A stretch of 64,000 nucleotides of DNA from an uncultured Methanosarcinales archaeon (GTDB taxonomy: Archaea; Halobacteriota; Methanosarcinia; Methanotrichales; Methanotrichaceae), in contig CAWJKV010000006.1 of assembly GCA_963843555.1 (NCBI GenBank), forward strand, positions 32,001 to 96,000. Reading direction: 5' to 3'. Made by a program: the position numbers and the translations under genes. The notes beneath the pieces were generated by a model. That model had not been told where the DNA came from, ran no database searches, and saw only the letters and a program-made list of their open reading frames with translations. Positions within the stretch are counted from its first letter, which is position 1. Each line of letters begins with the position of its first letter. Shown one piece after another: positions 62,580 through 64,000 of the stretch.

Positions 62580-64000
62580 TCAAATCAGCCTGACCGTCTC
62601 CAGATTCATGGGCGCCATGGTAGGTATTCTGTATTTCTTATAGATGGAGCTGGCCAGATCGAGGCAGTTGCCCTCATCGCCGTGGTTGGTGAGAACCCGG
62701 CCGGGCTTGGGATAGATGCGTCGCATATACTCCATGAGCTGCTGGCGATCGGAATGGCCGGAGAATCCATCCACCGTGGTTACCTCCAGGTTAATCTTCA
62801 CCGTCTGGGTCCTGCCCTCCACAGAGAGAGGCAATTCCTTCCAGCCCTTCTGAATGCGCCGCCCGAGAGTTCCTTCCGCCTGGTATCCAACAATGACCAA
62901 CGTATTTTTCTCATCCGGGCCGAGGCGCTTGAGATACTCAATAACCGGGCCACCGTTGAGCATGCCGCTCGTCGCCAGAATAACACATGGGGGCCCTTCA
63001 ATTATCTCCGTCCTCTGCTTGGGGCTTTCCACCTGCACAAAACACTTTGCCAGGAATGGATTGATTCCTTTGTGGAATATGAGATCTCTTAGATCGTTAT
63101 TGAGGTACTCGGGATATGTGGTATGAATGGCAGTAGCCTCAAAGATCATGCCATCCAGACAGACCGGCACCTCATCTATCACCTTCTTTCGGATGGCCTC
63201 TTCCAGAACCACCATGACCTCCTGGCTGCGGCCTACAGAGAAGGCGGGAATGATGACCTTGCCGCCCTTATGAATGGTTTCCTTGACCACATTTATCAAA
63301 GTGACTTCCGCTTCTTTGCGCGATGGTTGAATGCTGTTGGCCCCTCCGTAGGTGGCCTCGGTCACAAGGGTTTCCAATCGCGGAAAATTGCATACTGCCG
63401 GATCAAAGAGCCTGGTTCTCTCGAACTTATTGTCTCCGGTGAAGGCTACGTTGTAAAGGCCATCTCCAATATGAAAGTGGGCAATGGAGGAGCCCAGAAT
63501 GTGGCCGGCATTGTGCATGGTCAATTTGGTGTCGGGAGCAATGTCGGTTACATCTCCATAGTTGAGGGTTATAGTATGCTTGAGGGCCTCGCGAACCATT
63601 GAAGAGTCGTATGGCAGCCTCTTTCCTTCGCGGCCGGCTATTTCAATGTAATCGAGCTGTAATAGCACAGCCAGATCCCTGGTGGGAGGGGTGCAGTAAA
63701 TAGGTCCTTCATAGCCGTATTTGTAAAGCATGGGAACAAGGCCTGCATGGTCCAGGTGAGCGTGTGTCAAGACGACGGCATCGATCTGGTTAAGTGGATA
63801 GACCTCGGGTACATAGAGAAAAGGCGTGGCAGAGTCATCTGACCCCACATTTACGCCGCAATCGATGATGATGCGAGACTCCGGCGTTGACAGAAGCATG
63901 CAGCTTCTGCCCACCTCGCGGCAGCCTCCTAATGTGGTTATTCTGACCCATTGGTCCTTGGAAGCGATATCTCTGTGGATCTTCCTGCCCACGGTACGCA
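62580..64000 (-). CDS. beta-CASP ribonuclease aCPSF1 (FttA); N-terminus outside the window
   Basis: [32 protein letters not shown] and NHGD. Confidence 0.94.
   Translation of the reverse strand, partial: RTVGRKIHRDIASKDQWVRITTLGGCREVGRSCMLLSTPESRIIIDCGVNVGSDDSATPFLYVPEVYPLNQIDAVVLTHAHLDHAGLVPMLYKYGYEGPIYCTPPTRDLAVLLQLDYIEIAGREGKRLPYDSSMVREALKHTITLNYGDVTDIAPDTKLTMHNAGHILGSSIAHFHIGDGLYNVAFTGDNKFERTRLFDPAVCNFPRLETLVTEATYGGANSIQPSRKEAEVTLINVVKETIHKGGKVIIPAFSVGRSQEVMVVLEEAIRKKVIDEVPVCLDGMIFEATAIHTTYPEYLNNDLRDLIFHKGINPFLAKCFVQVESPKQRTEIIEGPPCVILATSGMLNGGPVIEYLKRLGPDEKNTLVIVGYQAEGTLGRRIQKGWKELPLSVEGRTQTVKINLEVTTVDGFSGHSDRQQLMEYMRRIYPKPGRVLTNHGDEGNCLDLASSIYKKYRIPTMAPMNLETVRLI

Overview
Archaeal chromosomal window, most likely from an acetoclastic methanogen of the Methanothrix (Methanosaeta) type. 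This is inferred from gene content: methanogenesis marker 8, MtxA/MtxH, CooS/CooF, the AcnX mevalonate-pathway pair, aIF-1A-RIO1-Dim2, aCPSF1, an intron-containing tRNA and many secreted/TPR proteins. Conserved housekeeping blocks (about 23.6-29.3 kb, 40.4-55.8 kb, 58.7-64 kb) alternate with accessory stretches rich in toxin-antitoxin modules, gene remnants and GC-rich dispersed repeats. Many genes carry single-base frameshifts, which are probably largely assembly errors. The most notable observations are: (1) a ParA plus small Cys-rich partner operon, with 7-bp CCAGNNN tandem arrays in its promoter, inside parA and inside the partner gene, resembling an undescribed centromere/adaptor partition system; (2) an adjacent ~460-nt promoter-led, strongly structured ncRNA candidate, followed by a small anti-SD sRNA candidate; (3) an ABC-ATPase plus PIN-like candidate defence cassette bracketed by two degenerate copies of an hsdS 3' end; (4) an aIF-1A gene that appears to start at CTG.
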